Below, in pieces: positions 18,716-27,450 of a stretch of 64,000 bases of DNA (positions are counted from its first letter, which is position 1; the number at the start of each line of letters is the position of its first letter). The translations under genes and the position numbers were made by a program. The notes beneath the pieces were generated by a model. It saw nothing but the letters and a program-made list of their open reading frames with translations, was not told where the DNA came from and did no database searches. This DNA is from Bdellovibrionales bacterium (GTDB lineage Bacteria; Bdellovibrionota; Bdellovibrionia; Bdellovibrionales; UBA1609). The DNA lies in assembly GCA_041690295.1 (NCBI GenBank), contig JAWLHR010000004.1, positions 85,019 to 149,018 on the forward strand. The letters are read 5' to 3'.

Positions 18716-20247
18716 AATCGACCTGATGTGGCTTTCTTCCGTTCGTGGTCGATGAAGCTGTCGATTTTGATGCCTTCTCGTTCAAGGTCCCGAACGTAAT
18801 CTTCGAGTGTGAAATAGGAAGTATCGATCGGGCGAAGCGCAAGCAGGGTGCCGATAGTGATGGGCGCGCCGACGGCCACACCTTGAGCCACTCGGCGACC
18901 GAAGGGATCCGTCGACAAATATTTATACGCGTTGGTGTTTTGAACTCCGGTTTTGATTTGGCGTCCCGTCGAGGTCACGAAGTTGACCGTCTTTTGTCCC
19001 CAGTTGCGCAGTCGCGAACCGACCAATCCCGCCATGGCGTCGGAAGGGATCACCATTTCGGCTCCATCTTTCGTCACGGCTTTGATGCCGAGTCCGCGGA
19101 CGTAGTAATATTCAAGTTCTCCGCCTCGCGCCACCACTTGAGCGGTCAAGTAATCGGTGCCCGGAGTTTGATTGATTTTGAAGCCGGGGATACCCGTCCG
19201 TTGGAAAATCAGTTTTTCAACTTGAGGGATGTCGGCGGGAGGCACGGCGGTGACGCGGTAGCCTTTCGCCAGTTCAGGTGAATTGATGACCCGATAAATA
19301 TTCTGGAACACGGCTTGTTGTCGTTGCTCGCGGGTTCCAGGGGCCGCCATCATCCCCAGCGCTTTTCTATATATTTCAGACGATTTTTGCACCACTTCCA
19401 TAACCGGTTCATTTTCCGGTTGGCGCACTTGGCGTTTGAGCCAGTTGGCGATCGCTTGAGGGCTTCCTTTAAGTTGAGCGTAAACCTGGCGAATCCCGTT
19501 CATCGGCGCTTGCATGATGGGAGATTGGCCGAGGCGGGTGAGTCCATCGATGATTTCATTGGCGTAAACACCGCCCAGCACGCCGAGCGCCACCGCGGTT
19601 GAATACTCCATCAGCGCGCGGAATTCTTCGTCCCGTTGAACTTTGTCATTAAGGAACTGTGTCATCGCGCCTTCAAGCACGAGAACCTTTTGCTGATCTT
19701 GCGGTGTATAGCGGCCCGCCTCCTTGAGCTCTTGAATGGCGAGAGACATTTCCGCCATCGTACTCATGACGAGATCATCATGATCAAATGTTTGAGCGAC
19801 GACCTGCTCGCCCGTCATTTGGCCTGAAAGATAAGCGGAGATCAATTGACCACCGAAGGTGTCAAGTGGTGTGGCCAGGGGAAGACGTTCTTCCAGTTTG
19901 CCGAGGTCAAGTGGAGTTTCGGTTGGCTGTGATGGTGTGGAAGGCGAGGGAGCGGGTAACACCGGGGCGCTTGGCTCCCGGACAGTCGGGCCACGCTGCT
20001 CATTTTGCGCTTCCGAGGTCTGTTGTTCCTGGGTTTGGGTTGGTCCGGCGGCGGGTCCACCGGCGGGGCCTTGGGCGGTTTGGTTGGTTTGACTTTTATC
20101 GCCTTGCTCTCCTCTTTTGGAATCACTCGGCGCAGGACTCTCCTGAGTCTGTTGACCACTCTTTGTTGATCGACCTTTTCTGTCGCAACCGACGATGGTC
20201 ATTGACAGGGCGATAGCCATTATAATTGAGGTTTTAAAAACTGACAT
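18712..20247 (-). CDS. Lipoprotein with P/Q-rich linker and hydrophobic helices
   Basis: IVGC lipobox; low-complexity linker; TAVALGVLGGVYA and VAQGVAVGAPITIGTLLAL segments; AAGGA SD. Confidence 0.78.
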   Translation of the reverse strand: MSVFKTSIIMAIALSMTIVGCDRKGRSTKSGQQTQESPAPSDSKRGEQGDKSQTNQTAQGPAGGPAAGPTQTQEQQTSEAQNEQRGPTVREPSAPVLPAPSPSTPSQPTETPLDLGKLEERLPLATPLDTFGGQLISAYLSGQMTGEQVVAQTFDHDDLVMSTMAEMSLAIQELKEAGRYTPQDQQKVLVLEGAMTQFLNDKVQRDEEFRALMEYSTAVALGVLGGVYANEIIDGLTRLGQSPIMQAPMNGIRQVYAQLKGSPQAIANWLKRQVRQPENEPVMEVVQKSSEIYRKALGMMAAPGTREQRQQAVFQNIYRVINSPELAKGYRVTAVPPADIPQVEKLIFQRTGIPGFKINQTPGTDYLTAQVVARGGELEYYYVRGLGIKAVTKDGAEMVIPSDAMAGLVGSRLRNWGQKTVNFVTSTGRQIKTGVQNTNAYKYLSTDPFGRRVAQGVAVGAPITIGTLLALRPIDTSYFTLEDYVRDLEREGIKIDSFIDHERKKATSGRL

Positions 20248-20317
20248 CGGGTCGTCCTTTCAAAGTTTTTTACTCGGGTATCCCGGAGCAAATTTAAAAT
20301 TCAATGCATGTAAGTTT

Positions 20318-20333
20318 AGCAATGGATATGCCA
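20318..20333 (-). promoter_or_regulatory. Sigma54-type promoter motif for the 20247-14457 operon
   Basis: TGGCATATCCATTGCT. Confidence 0.7.
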
Positions 20334-20441
20334 CCAATACGGTAGAGCAGAGGTTGGTGCCCCTGGCACCATATGGAGATTTGGGTCCGTGATTGAGGTA
20401 AAAATCCTCATTGCCCTTATCTCCGCAGGGCTCCTTGAATG

Positions 20442-20457
20442 TGGATTCATTATTGCA
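20442..20457 (+). promoter_or_regulatory. Possible sigma54-type promoter motif for 20497
   Basis: TGGATTCATTATTGCA (GG-N10-GC). Confidence 0.45.
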
Positions 20458-20496
20458 GCATCGAATGCAAATTCGAATCACGATTCGGAGTGAAGA

Positions 20497-21498
20497 ATGA
20501 GCAATCGAGCGGGGCTCGCATATTTGTTGGCGATAGTGTTCATGAGCGGCTCGATGAGCGCGACGCCACAACAACCTGAGCCGCCGGAAGCGCCACCGCA
20601 ATTGCCGCCGCAAATGCAACAACCTGTTCCCGAGCCGCGGACGCCACCTCAGCGGCCGTCCCCCCAGGATCAAGACTCCATCTTCGGAGACGCTCGAAAT
20701 CTTGAGCCGGTCACCGGATCATGGAATCCCTTGCGAACGGAAGAAGGTTACGTGCTTGGATCCTTGGCGTCGGTGGCGAGGCGGGGAGTGTTCGTGCAAA
20801 CCGTCGAAGGGGAAATCAAGTTAGGCCGGTTCAGTTCGCGCGGCGGATTTCTCGATCGAAGTTGTTTCGAGGCGGGCGTCGCCGAGATTGAATCAAATAC
20901 GGGCGTTCCCGCGACTTTTCAAGAACGGCAGGAAATCATCAACCGCTGCACCGAACTGATCAATCCATGGCCCTTCAGTAATTACGATGAAAATCTTTGG
21001 GCGGCGGTCCAGCGCGCGGGCGGAGATTTCATATTAATGTTTTATCGCCGGTATCTGGTTGTTCCTTTCACCGATTCACCGAATCTTTTCGCGAAAATTT
21101 ATTTCGTTGATCCGGAAATTCTGCCGGTGGGCGCGCAAAAGACCGCGAGTGGCTTGATTTTCTCGCGCAATTTTCATTACGCGCAAGGCTCCTTGGAAGG
21201 TCGCATCGTGAAAGCGTCTTTGAACGGAATCGTCCGCAAGACTTATGAGATCATCATGCAAGTGGGCCATGCGGGAGACGTTTTCCGGGCCTTCAGTATT
21301 TCGGATAAAGACCTTTTTGACTTCGCCATTAAAACCATGGCCACGGGAAGATTCGTTCGCGTGAGTTTCTATGAATTGTTCTCCATCGTGGCCATTCCAC
21401 AGGCTCTTGTTCGTGGTTACGACACGGACTACCGCGTGTTCCGCATTGAAGTTTTGCCGGAGCCACCACCCATCGGACCCCCGGAAGCGAGACCATGA
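20497..21498 (+). CDS. Secreted protein with Pro-rich N-terminus and duplicated beta domain
   Basis: Signal peptide; two similar segments EEGYVLGSLASVARRGVFVQTVEGEI and AQGSLEGRIVKASLNGIVRKTYEII. Confidence 0.75.
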   Translation: MSNRAGLAYLLAIVFMSGSMSATPQQPEPPEAPPQLPPQMQQPVPEPRTPPQRPSPQDQDSIFGDARNLEPVTGSWNPLRTEEGYVLGSLASVARRGVFVQTVEGEIKLGRFSSRGGFLDRSCFEAGVAEIESNTGVPATFQERQEIINRCTELINPWPFSNYDENLWAAVQRAGGDFILMFYRRYLVVPFTDSPNLFAKIYFVDPEILPVGAQKTASGLIFSRNFHYAQGSLEGRIVKASLNGIVRKTYEIIMQVGHAGDVFRAFSISDKDLFDFAIKTMATGRFVRVSFYELFSIVAIPQALVRGYDTDYRVFRIEVLPEPPPIGPPEARP

Positions 21499-22136
21499 GA
21501 TACATTATTCTTTTGCTTTGTTTTTTACTGACAGGATGTCCCGATGATCCCGCCGCCATGATGGAGGAACGCGAACGGGCGGAACGTGAGAGGAAAAGAG
21601 CGGCGGCGGAAGAAAACGAATCGCCGGTGTACGTTATGTGTCGTACGAAACGGGCTGGCAAAATCCGCTTGCGCGGTCCCGTGGCGATCGACTCAGGATG
21701 GGTTTCGGCGACGCCACAGTTGTTGCGCGGTCACGATCCGGTTCCGGTCTCTCCGCCGCGTGTGGCGGCGGTTCAAAGCGGCTGTGATGCATCGATGCTC
21801 GAACACCTCGCTCCCAATGTGCGATTCGAGCGGTTCACGCACTCGACAAGCGCGCAAATCGCGGTTTTTTGCGGAACCCTGCCGAGCGAGTTTGGTGCCT
21901 TAAATATCGATGCGGACCGCGTGATCCTTTATTACTTTTTGCATATTTCCGAAGCGGATCGTCGCGACGTTGTCATCAACACGCGCCGCCTCGAACTGGT
22001 GGGCGATAACCGTATTGAAACCCGATCGGGCCTGAGCTATGAGGCCGGCGATCTAAATATTTCGATCAGTGAAAGTGTGACGGGCCAGGGCCGCCTGTGG
22101 CTCGCGTCCACTGGCTACAGTTGCCTGACTCATTGA
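21495..22136 (+). CDS. Hypothetical lipoprotein
   Basis: MRYIILLLCFLLTGC lipobox; ATGA overlap with upstream gene. Confidence 0.75.
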   Translation: MRYIILLLCFLLTGCPDDPAAMMEERERAERERKRAAAEENESPVYVMCRTKRAGKIRLRGPVAIDSGWVSATPQLLRGHDPVPVSPPRVAAVQSGCDASMLEHLAPNVRFERFTHSTSAQIAVFCGTLPSEFGALNIDADRVILYYFLHISEADRRDVVINTRRLELVGDNRIETRSGLSYEAGDLNISISESVTGQGRLWLASTGYSCLTH

Positions 22137-23164
22137 AGTTGCAGGGCACGAAGCTCGACGCCGTTTTCGCTCAGAATTCGCGCCGCCTCGACCAAAAGTT
22201 GCTCCTGCTGTTCGGGAAGGGCCGCTAGCGCGGAGCTATCGATCCACACGACCAATTCAAAGTCATAAGTATTCTCCGTCGCCTGCTTGATGTGACAGCG
22301 ATCAAACTCGAGTTTTTCCGTTCGCTTCGCGCTCTCGCGAATCCATTCGGGTACGCGAGTGACCTTATCCATGGGAGTGGATCTGGCCACGCTCAATTTG
22401 TATTCGATTCTTCGTCTTCGCATTCGCCGATGATTGCGGATGCGGCTGTTCAACATGTCGCGGTTGGAAAAAATAATTTGTTCGCCATTGGGGCTGCGCA
22501 AACGGGTGGTCTTTATACCGATGTATTCCACGGTGCCCGTGTCGGGACCGATGGAGATTTGATCGCCCACGGTGAAGGGCCGGTCGAGAATGATTGAGAA
22601 CGAGGCCAGCAAGTCGCCAAGAATGTTTTGCGCGGCCAAGGCCACCGCGATGCCTCCGACGCCAAGCCCGGTTAACAAGGCTTGAATGTCGACGCCGACT
22701 TCACTGAGCGCGATGAGCGTGATCACGACGATGAACGCGCCTTGAGCCACCGTGCCGAGAAGGTTGATCGTGGCGGCGCTGGCGGCGTCTTTTTGAAGGA
22801 GTTGTGCGAAAAAGCGCTGGTTCCAGTTCCGAATAAAACTAAGTCCCCACTTACCGACCTGGTACGTCAGCGCGGAAATCATGATGATTTCAAGAAAGCG
22901 GGTGTTCGGCTCGCCCCAAATATAGATAAAAATGAAAACCAGAGCGAGAAGATCGGTTTTGTCGATCAAATCGATTACTTGTTCGATGATGAGGCTGATC
23001 TTTTCGCGCTTACGCAACCAGTGGCGGAGCCAATTAAGCAACGTTTTAATGATGATCGCACTGACGGCGGAGGAACCGATGACGACAATCCAGTAAATAA
23101 AACGATTGCCGGCCATCAGATCGATGGCCGGGCGAAGGAGTGGAGAAACGGATTCTGGAATCAT
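22130..23164 (-). CDS. mscS: Small-conductance mechanosensitive channel (MscS family)
   Basis: GLGVGGIAVALAAQ, DRPFTVGD, GTVEYIGIKTTRLR, IRN. Confidence 0.9.
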   Translation of the reverse strand: MIPESVSPLLRPAIDLMAGNRFIYWIVVIGSSAVSAIIIKTLLNWLRHWLRKREKISLIIEQVIDLIDKTDLLALVFIFIYIWGEPNTRFLEIIMISALTYQVGKWGLSFIRNWNQRFFAQLLQKDAASAATINLLGTVAQGAFIVVITLIALSEVGVDIQALLTGLGVGGIAVALAAQNILGDLLASFSIILDRPFTVGDQISIGPDTGTVEYIGIKTTRLRSPNGEQIIFSNRDMLNSRIRNHRRMRRRRIEYKLSVARSTPMDKVTRVPEWIRESAKRTEKLEFDRCHIKQATENTYDFELVVWIDSSALAALPEQQEQLLVEAARILSENGVELRALQLQ

Positions 23165-23212
23165 TTGAACCGGCGGGCGCCAGTGTCTGACGCCACGTCA
23201 GTGACGAAAAGA

Positions 23213-23794
23213 TTAACGTCGCGGAGCGGGGACGATGTAGTAGCCGACGTAGGCGCCGGCCGCGCTACATGCGAACCCGACAGCTCCCATTCCAAGTTTC
23301 GAGGCCAAATCAATTCCGCGCATCGCGCCCGCACCGGTACCAAAACCCAGCGCGAATCCCGAAGCGTTATCCGAGAGCATTCGGTTGTTCGAAAGATTGG
23401 CCGCGACAACGATCGCCGTGCTGATGGCGAAATTCGCGAGACAAATCGATCCGATCAGCGGTGGAACGGCGGCCACCGCGGCGACTTTGTGTTCGAGCGG
23501 CTCGGAAACGATTTGCGTGATGGCTTTCATCTGTTCTTCATCACAGATCTGATGACTGGATTTGAAATCCGATGTTCCGGATTCGGCCACGGTCAATCCA
23601 CCGGGAACCAATTCCGGATGGCCGGACACATCTATCGCGCACGCGGGTCGACCCGTGCCATCAGCATCAACAGTAAAAAGTACGGCATGAGTGGCTAGAG
23701 GCGGGGATAATGTCTCCTCCCCCTCGTTCACCTTTGCCCCGGCCAGCGGACTCAATGCCATGCTAGCGATTAAGGTTGAGATCAGGATACGCAT
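23213..23794 (-). CDS. Secreted protein with Gly/Ala-rich hydrophobic C-terminal helices
   Basis: AAGGAG SD; signal peptide; GFALGFGTGAG and GMGAVGFACSAAGAYVGY glycine-zipper-like segments. Confidence 0.7.
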   Translation of the reverse strand: MRILISTLIASMALSPLAGAKVNEGEETLSPPLATHAVLFTVDADGTGRPACAIDVSGHPELVPGGLTVAESGTSDFKSSHQICDEEQMKAITQIVSEPLEHKVAAVAAVPPLIGSICLANFAISTAIVVAANLSNNRMLSDNASGFALGFGTGAGAMRGIDLASKLGMGAVGFACSAAGAYVGYYIVPAPRR

Positions 23795-23860
23795 AGATAT
23801 GAACTCCTTCGTTTTGTGTTCGCGACCAACCGACCATCGGTGGTATTCGGGGATTTGTTT

Positions 23861-23876
23861 TGCATTCCATATGCCG
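23861..23876 (-). promoter_or_regulatory. Possible sigma54-type promoter motif
   Basis: CGGCATATGGAATGCA (GG-N10-GC). Confidence 0.5.
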
Positions 23877-23895
23877 AGTCCGGCATTGACTAACG

Positions 23896-25005
23896 TTACT
23901 CGCCGGCGACGTGCGGCAACTCAACACCTAATGTTTGGCTCACGTCGATCGTGGATCCGCTTTTCAGGCGTCCGGCGAGATGCGGTAAACGCCTGCCGCG
24001 ACTCATGATAATCTTAATCAGTTGGTGAGGTTTCAGATCGCCGCCGGGTTCTTGATTGGAAATAAGGAGGGCGGCGAGTCCGGTCACGAAGGCCGTGGCC
24101 TGCGATGTTCCCGTCATGTACCCATAATGTCCACCGGGCAGCGTTGAGTATATGTTTTTCCCTGGTGCCGCGATGTGGGCCGTGGCCGTTCCGAAATTGC
24201 TTTGCGGGATCAGACGATCGTAACGGTCGACGGCCGCCACGCTGATGATGTTGGATAAACCGTAGTTCGCCGGATAGAAGTGAAAGAAGTCCGAGTTGAG
24301 CCCTTCGTTTCCGGCCGCGGCCACGAAAAGCACGCCTTGTTTTTGCGCCCAACGGATGGCTTCTTCTTCCTCTTCACTGCGCATGATTCCGCCGCCGGAG
24401 TAGTTGATCACCTTCGCTCCCATGCGCACGGCGTACCGGATGGCGCGGACCGTGTGGTTTAAATTATCTTCTCCCGAGGACTGCGCATCATAATATTTTA
24501 GAATCATGAGACTCACACCGGGCGCGACACCATCCTTGGCCGCGATAATTCCCGCGATGTGAGTCCCATGCCCGTGGTCATCCGTGACATCGGGTGAATG
24601 TTCGGCGAAGTTCCATCCGTGGACATCATCGATGAATCCGTTGCCATCATCATCGATGCCGTTTCCGGATTTAGGGTTGCCGTTTTCGTCGATCCCGGTT
24701 TCACCGGGATTCACCCAAAAACGCCCCCGCAAATCCGGGTGGTGAATGTCACATCCCGTGTCGATCACCGCCACAACGACGCCTTGGCCGCTTTTGTCAG
24801 GATAAAGAGAGCCGCGCGCCCGAATGGCCCTCAGTCCCCAGTTCAAAGAGAGTTCCGGATCGACACTCGGTCCATGAGTGACGGTGGGCTCGACGTTCAG
24901 AATTTTGTTCCGGCTTAAGTTTCGGATCCGTGACCAATTCGCCAACGTGCTGAAGGCGATGAATCCGATGACGAACGAGATGAAAATCTCTTTGTACCCT
25001 TTCAT
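23896..25005 (-). CDS. S8 family subtilisin-like serine protease
   Basis: VAVIDTG (Asp), HGHGTHIAG (His), AAAGN, GTSQA (Ser); ATG 25005 with AAGGAG SD; N-terminal membrane anchor. Confidence 0.92.
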   Translation of the reverse strand: MKGYKEIFISFVIGFIAFSTLANWSRIRNLSRNKILNVEPTVTHGPSVDPELSLNWGLRAIRARGSLYPDKSGQGVVVAVIDTGCDIHHPDLRGRFWVNPGETGIDENGNPKSGNGIDDDGNGFIDDVHGWNFAEHSPDVTDDHGHGTHIAGIIAAKDGVAPGVSLMILKYYDAQSSGEDNLNHTVRAIRYAVRMGAKVINYSGGGIMRSEEEEEAIRWAQKQGVLFVAAAGNEGLNSDFFHFYPANYGLSNIISVAAVDRYDRLIPQSNFGTATAHIAAPGKNIYSTLPGGHYGYMTGTSQATAFVTGLAALLISNQEPGGDLKPHQLIKIIMSRGRRLPHLAGRLKSGSTIDVSQTLGVELPHVAGE

Positions 25006-25262
25006 TCCGCAAACTCCTTTTCCGCCGCAGCGGCCGCCCTCGTGGCGGCTGGTTGGCCGCCGTAGCGGCTCTGCAGCTCCGAACTGAGAGAGTACAATGG
25101 CTGGCAGAGCAAGTTTCAAACCTGCCGAGACAGCGAAAATTTATGGCTTGTATAATCAAGGCTTGGGCGTATGCCTGTCGCTCTTTCACATGTCTGCATT
25201 GCTTCTACATGTGCAAGGAATCCGGCGATCGACAGATTCGTGATGGACTGTCTAAAACTTGA

Positions 25263-26363
25263 TTAAGCCGCGCGGGTTAAAGGATCGGGCGCCACCGTAT
25301 AGCGGTTTCGTCCCGTATTTTTGGAATTATAAAGCGCCAGATCCGCGCGTTTGATCCAGGCCTCCTTTGACTCGCCTTGAGACAGTTGGGCGATGCCGAT
25401 GGAAACGGTGAACCGGATCTGGTTTTGATCGTGAACATACACCTCACCGCGGACCTTGTTGAGGACCTCTTCGGCCTTTTTGACCGCGTGTTCGGCTTTG
25501 AAGTCGGGGAGAATGACGGCGAACTCCTCGCCGCCGATGCGGGCGAGCAGGTCGGACTCGCGGGTGAACATTTGTTTTAAAGTCGTGACCAGTTCTTTGA
25601 GCACGAAATCCCCGACCTGGTGGCCGAAGGTGTCGTTGATGCGCTTGAAGTGATCAATATCGACCAACATCAGACTGACGGGCTGTTGCGAGGCCTGAAA
25701 CAGTTTGAAATGTTGGTCCACGTATTCTTCGAATGTTTTTCGGTTGAAGGCTTCGGTGAGATGGTCCACCCGCGCGGAGTTTTGCGCTTCGCCCAACTGC
25801 TTTTTGACCGCGTTCAAGTTTTTGCGGATGGTTTTCATGCGACTGTTGCGCCGTTTGTCTTTCTTATATTGTTTTTCCATATAAGAATCGATGAACCGGC
25901 GCGACTGATCCTTGAGCTCGGCGATGGAGTTGGACTCGACCGCTTCCTTCAGTTGTTCCAGACTAAGCCGGATTTCCGAGTCCTCTTTCTGTTCCTCGCT
26001 GATGTCCTCGGCGAGCTGGTCCACGAAGTCCCAGATGATGGCGCGGAAATCCTCGAAGGTTTTTTGTAAGTAAGCGGCCTCGTCGATTCGGTAAACCGAA
26101 AAGAATTGGCGGAAGCGGAAGAGAACTTTTTCGAGCTGGCTTTTGGGATTCACCAGTTCCTTGGCGAATTCATCAAGTGTCTCCCGCGTCTTGCGGACGG
26201 GGTGCCCTTCGAAATCAATCAGATGTTTGTTGAAGACGTCGATGATGTAAAGCAAGGTGGCGCGTTCTTCGGACAGGGGTTCCCGGCCTTTGCCGTTGGA
26301 TTTGGCGCCGTCGTTCCAGTCAAAATCAAACTGTTCGATGAGTTTTTCGACCCATTTTTTCAT
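25263..26363 (-). CDS. Diguanylate cyclase (GGDEF) with helical N-terminal region
   Basis: DHLTEAFN, DIDHFKRINDTFGHQVGD, RESD I-site, GGEEF, SKNTGRN; start 26363 or 26375. Confidence 0.92.
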   Translation of the reverse strand: MKKWVEKLIEQFDFDWNDGAKSNGKGREPLSEERATLLYIIDVFNKHLIDFEGHPVRKTRETLDEFAKELVNPKSQLEKVLFRFRQFFSVYRIDEAAYLQKTFEDFRAIIWDFVDQLAEDISEEQKEDSEIRLSLEQLKEAVESNSIAELKDQSRRFIDSYMEKQYKKDKRRNSRMKTIRKNLNAVKKQLGEAQNSARVDHLTEAFNRKTFEEYVDQHFKLFQASQQPVSLMLVDIDHFKRINDTFGHQVGDFVLKELVTTLKQMFTRESDLLARIGGEEFAVILPDFKAEHAVKKAEEVLNKVRGEVYVHDQNQIRFTVSIGIAQLSQGESKEAWIKRADLALYNSKNTGRNRYTVAPDPLTRAA

Positions 26364-26663
26364 TCTTCCACTCATCGGATAATCCGCGACATGGGGTTAC
26401 AGACTTTGGTGGGATTATTGACAGCCACTGGATCGAAGTCTATAGACGTTAGTCTGCATTCGGTCTGGCTTGTTAAGCCGTCTCAGCGTCAATCCGAAAG
26501 GTAAGGCATGCTGCGTGAAGATTTAGCTCGGCTAAAACCTTTATTTAAACGCCTGCTTGCGGCGATGATCATCTGCTCGCCGGTTGTGGCGTTGACGAAT
26601 AACCAGCGGGCTAAGGTTAAAACGCAAAAAGCCGTTGAAAAGAAAATCGATAAAAAATCATCC

Positions 26664-27410
26664 TCATTCCAGGATGACCGTTGTCTCGGGATTCAACCCC
26701 CACGATCTTAAAATCGCACTTTCGTCCCGCTCACTCTGCGCTTTCTTGAATTTAGCTTGTGACTGGCCCTTCACACGGCGCTCACATTCGGCCCAGGTGC
26801 GATGGCGCATGACCACTCCGCCATGATAGCTGAGATAGGAATAGGCCGCCGGTTTTTTCTCATAGACCTTCATCGGTGGAAGTTCCTGGGGCTCGGGCAG
26901 GTCATGAATGGCCACTGGATACTGCAGAATCGAACCTTCATAGAGTGAAACGCGTTTGCCTGTGGCGAAGGCCACCGCGATTTCATCACAGCGTTCATTA
27001 CCCGGCACACCGGTGTGCCCGCGGACGTATCGCCAGTCGATCTTGGCGGGTTTTAACCGTTGGATTTGGCGCAAAAGTTCTTCCCACAAATCGCGATTGG
27101 AGACTTCGTTGCCTTCGGCGGTTTTCCAGCCTCGTTTTCGCCATCCCCATACCCATTGGGTGATTCCGCGAATGACGTAAGTGGAATCGGTGTACAGAAA
27201 GATTTCCGATGTGGGTGAATCAATCGCCTGCAGCGCTCGGATCGCCCCCACCATCTCCATACGATTGTTGGTGGTTTCGGGATTGGATCCGCCCAATTCG
27301 CGAACATGTCCATCGGGTGTGACCAGAATAGCCGCCCATCCTCCCGGTCCAGGGTTGCCGGTGCACGCGCCGTCTGTAAAGATCAATATTGAGTGAAATT
27401 CCAAGGCCAC
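26664..27410 (-). CDS. rnhA: Ribonuclease HI with C-terminal hybrid-binding (viroplasmin-like) domain
   Basis: FTDGACTGNPGPGG, TTNNRME, TDSTY, VRGHTGVPGNERCD; C-terminal TWAECERRVKGQSQAKFKK. Confidence 0.92.
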   Translation of the reverse strand: MALEFHSILIFTDGACTGNPGPGGWAAILVTPDGHVRELGGSNPETTNNRMEMVGAIRALQAIDSPTSEIFLYTDSTYVIRGITQWVWGWRKRGWKTAEGNEVSNRDLWEELLRQIQRLKPAKIDWRYVRGHTGVPGNERCDEIAVAFATGKRVSLYEGSILQYPVAIHDLPEPQELPPMKVYEKKPAAYSYLSYHGGVVMRHRTWAECERRVKGQSQAKFKKAQSERDESAILRSWGLNPETTVILE

Positions 27411-27450
27411 AGTTAGCCCTAGAGTAGGAAGGGGCCCGTCGGGAAGTCAA

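Noticed and set aside
22682..23698. 338-aa plus-strand ORF
   Set aside because: Antisense shadow of mscS and the 23213-23794 gene; no recognisable motifs
26508..26711. 67-aa ORF between the GGDEF gene and rnhA
   Set aside because: Overlaps the rnhA 3' end in antisense, weak SD, no motif; cannot be supported
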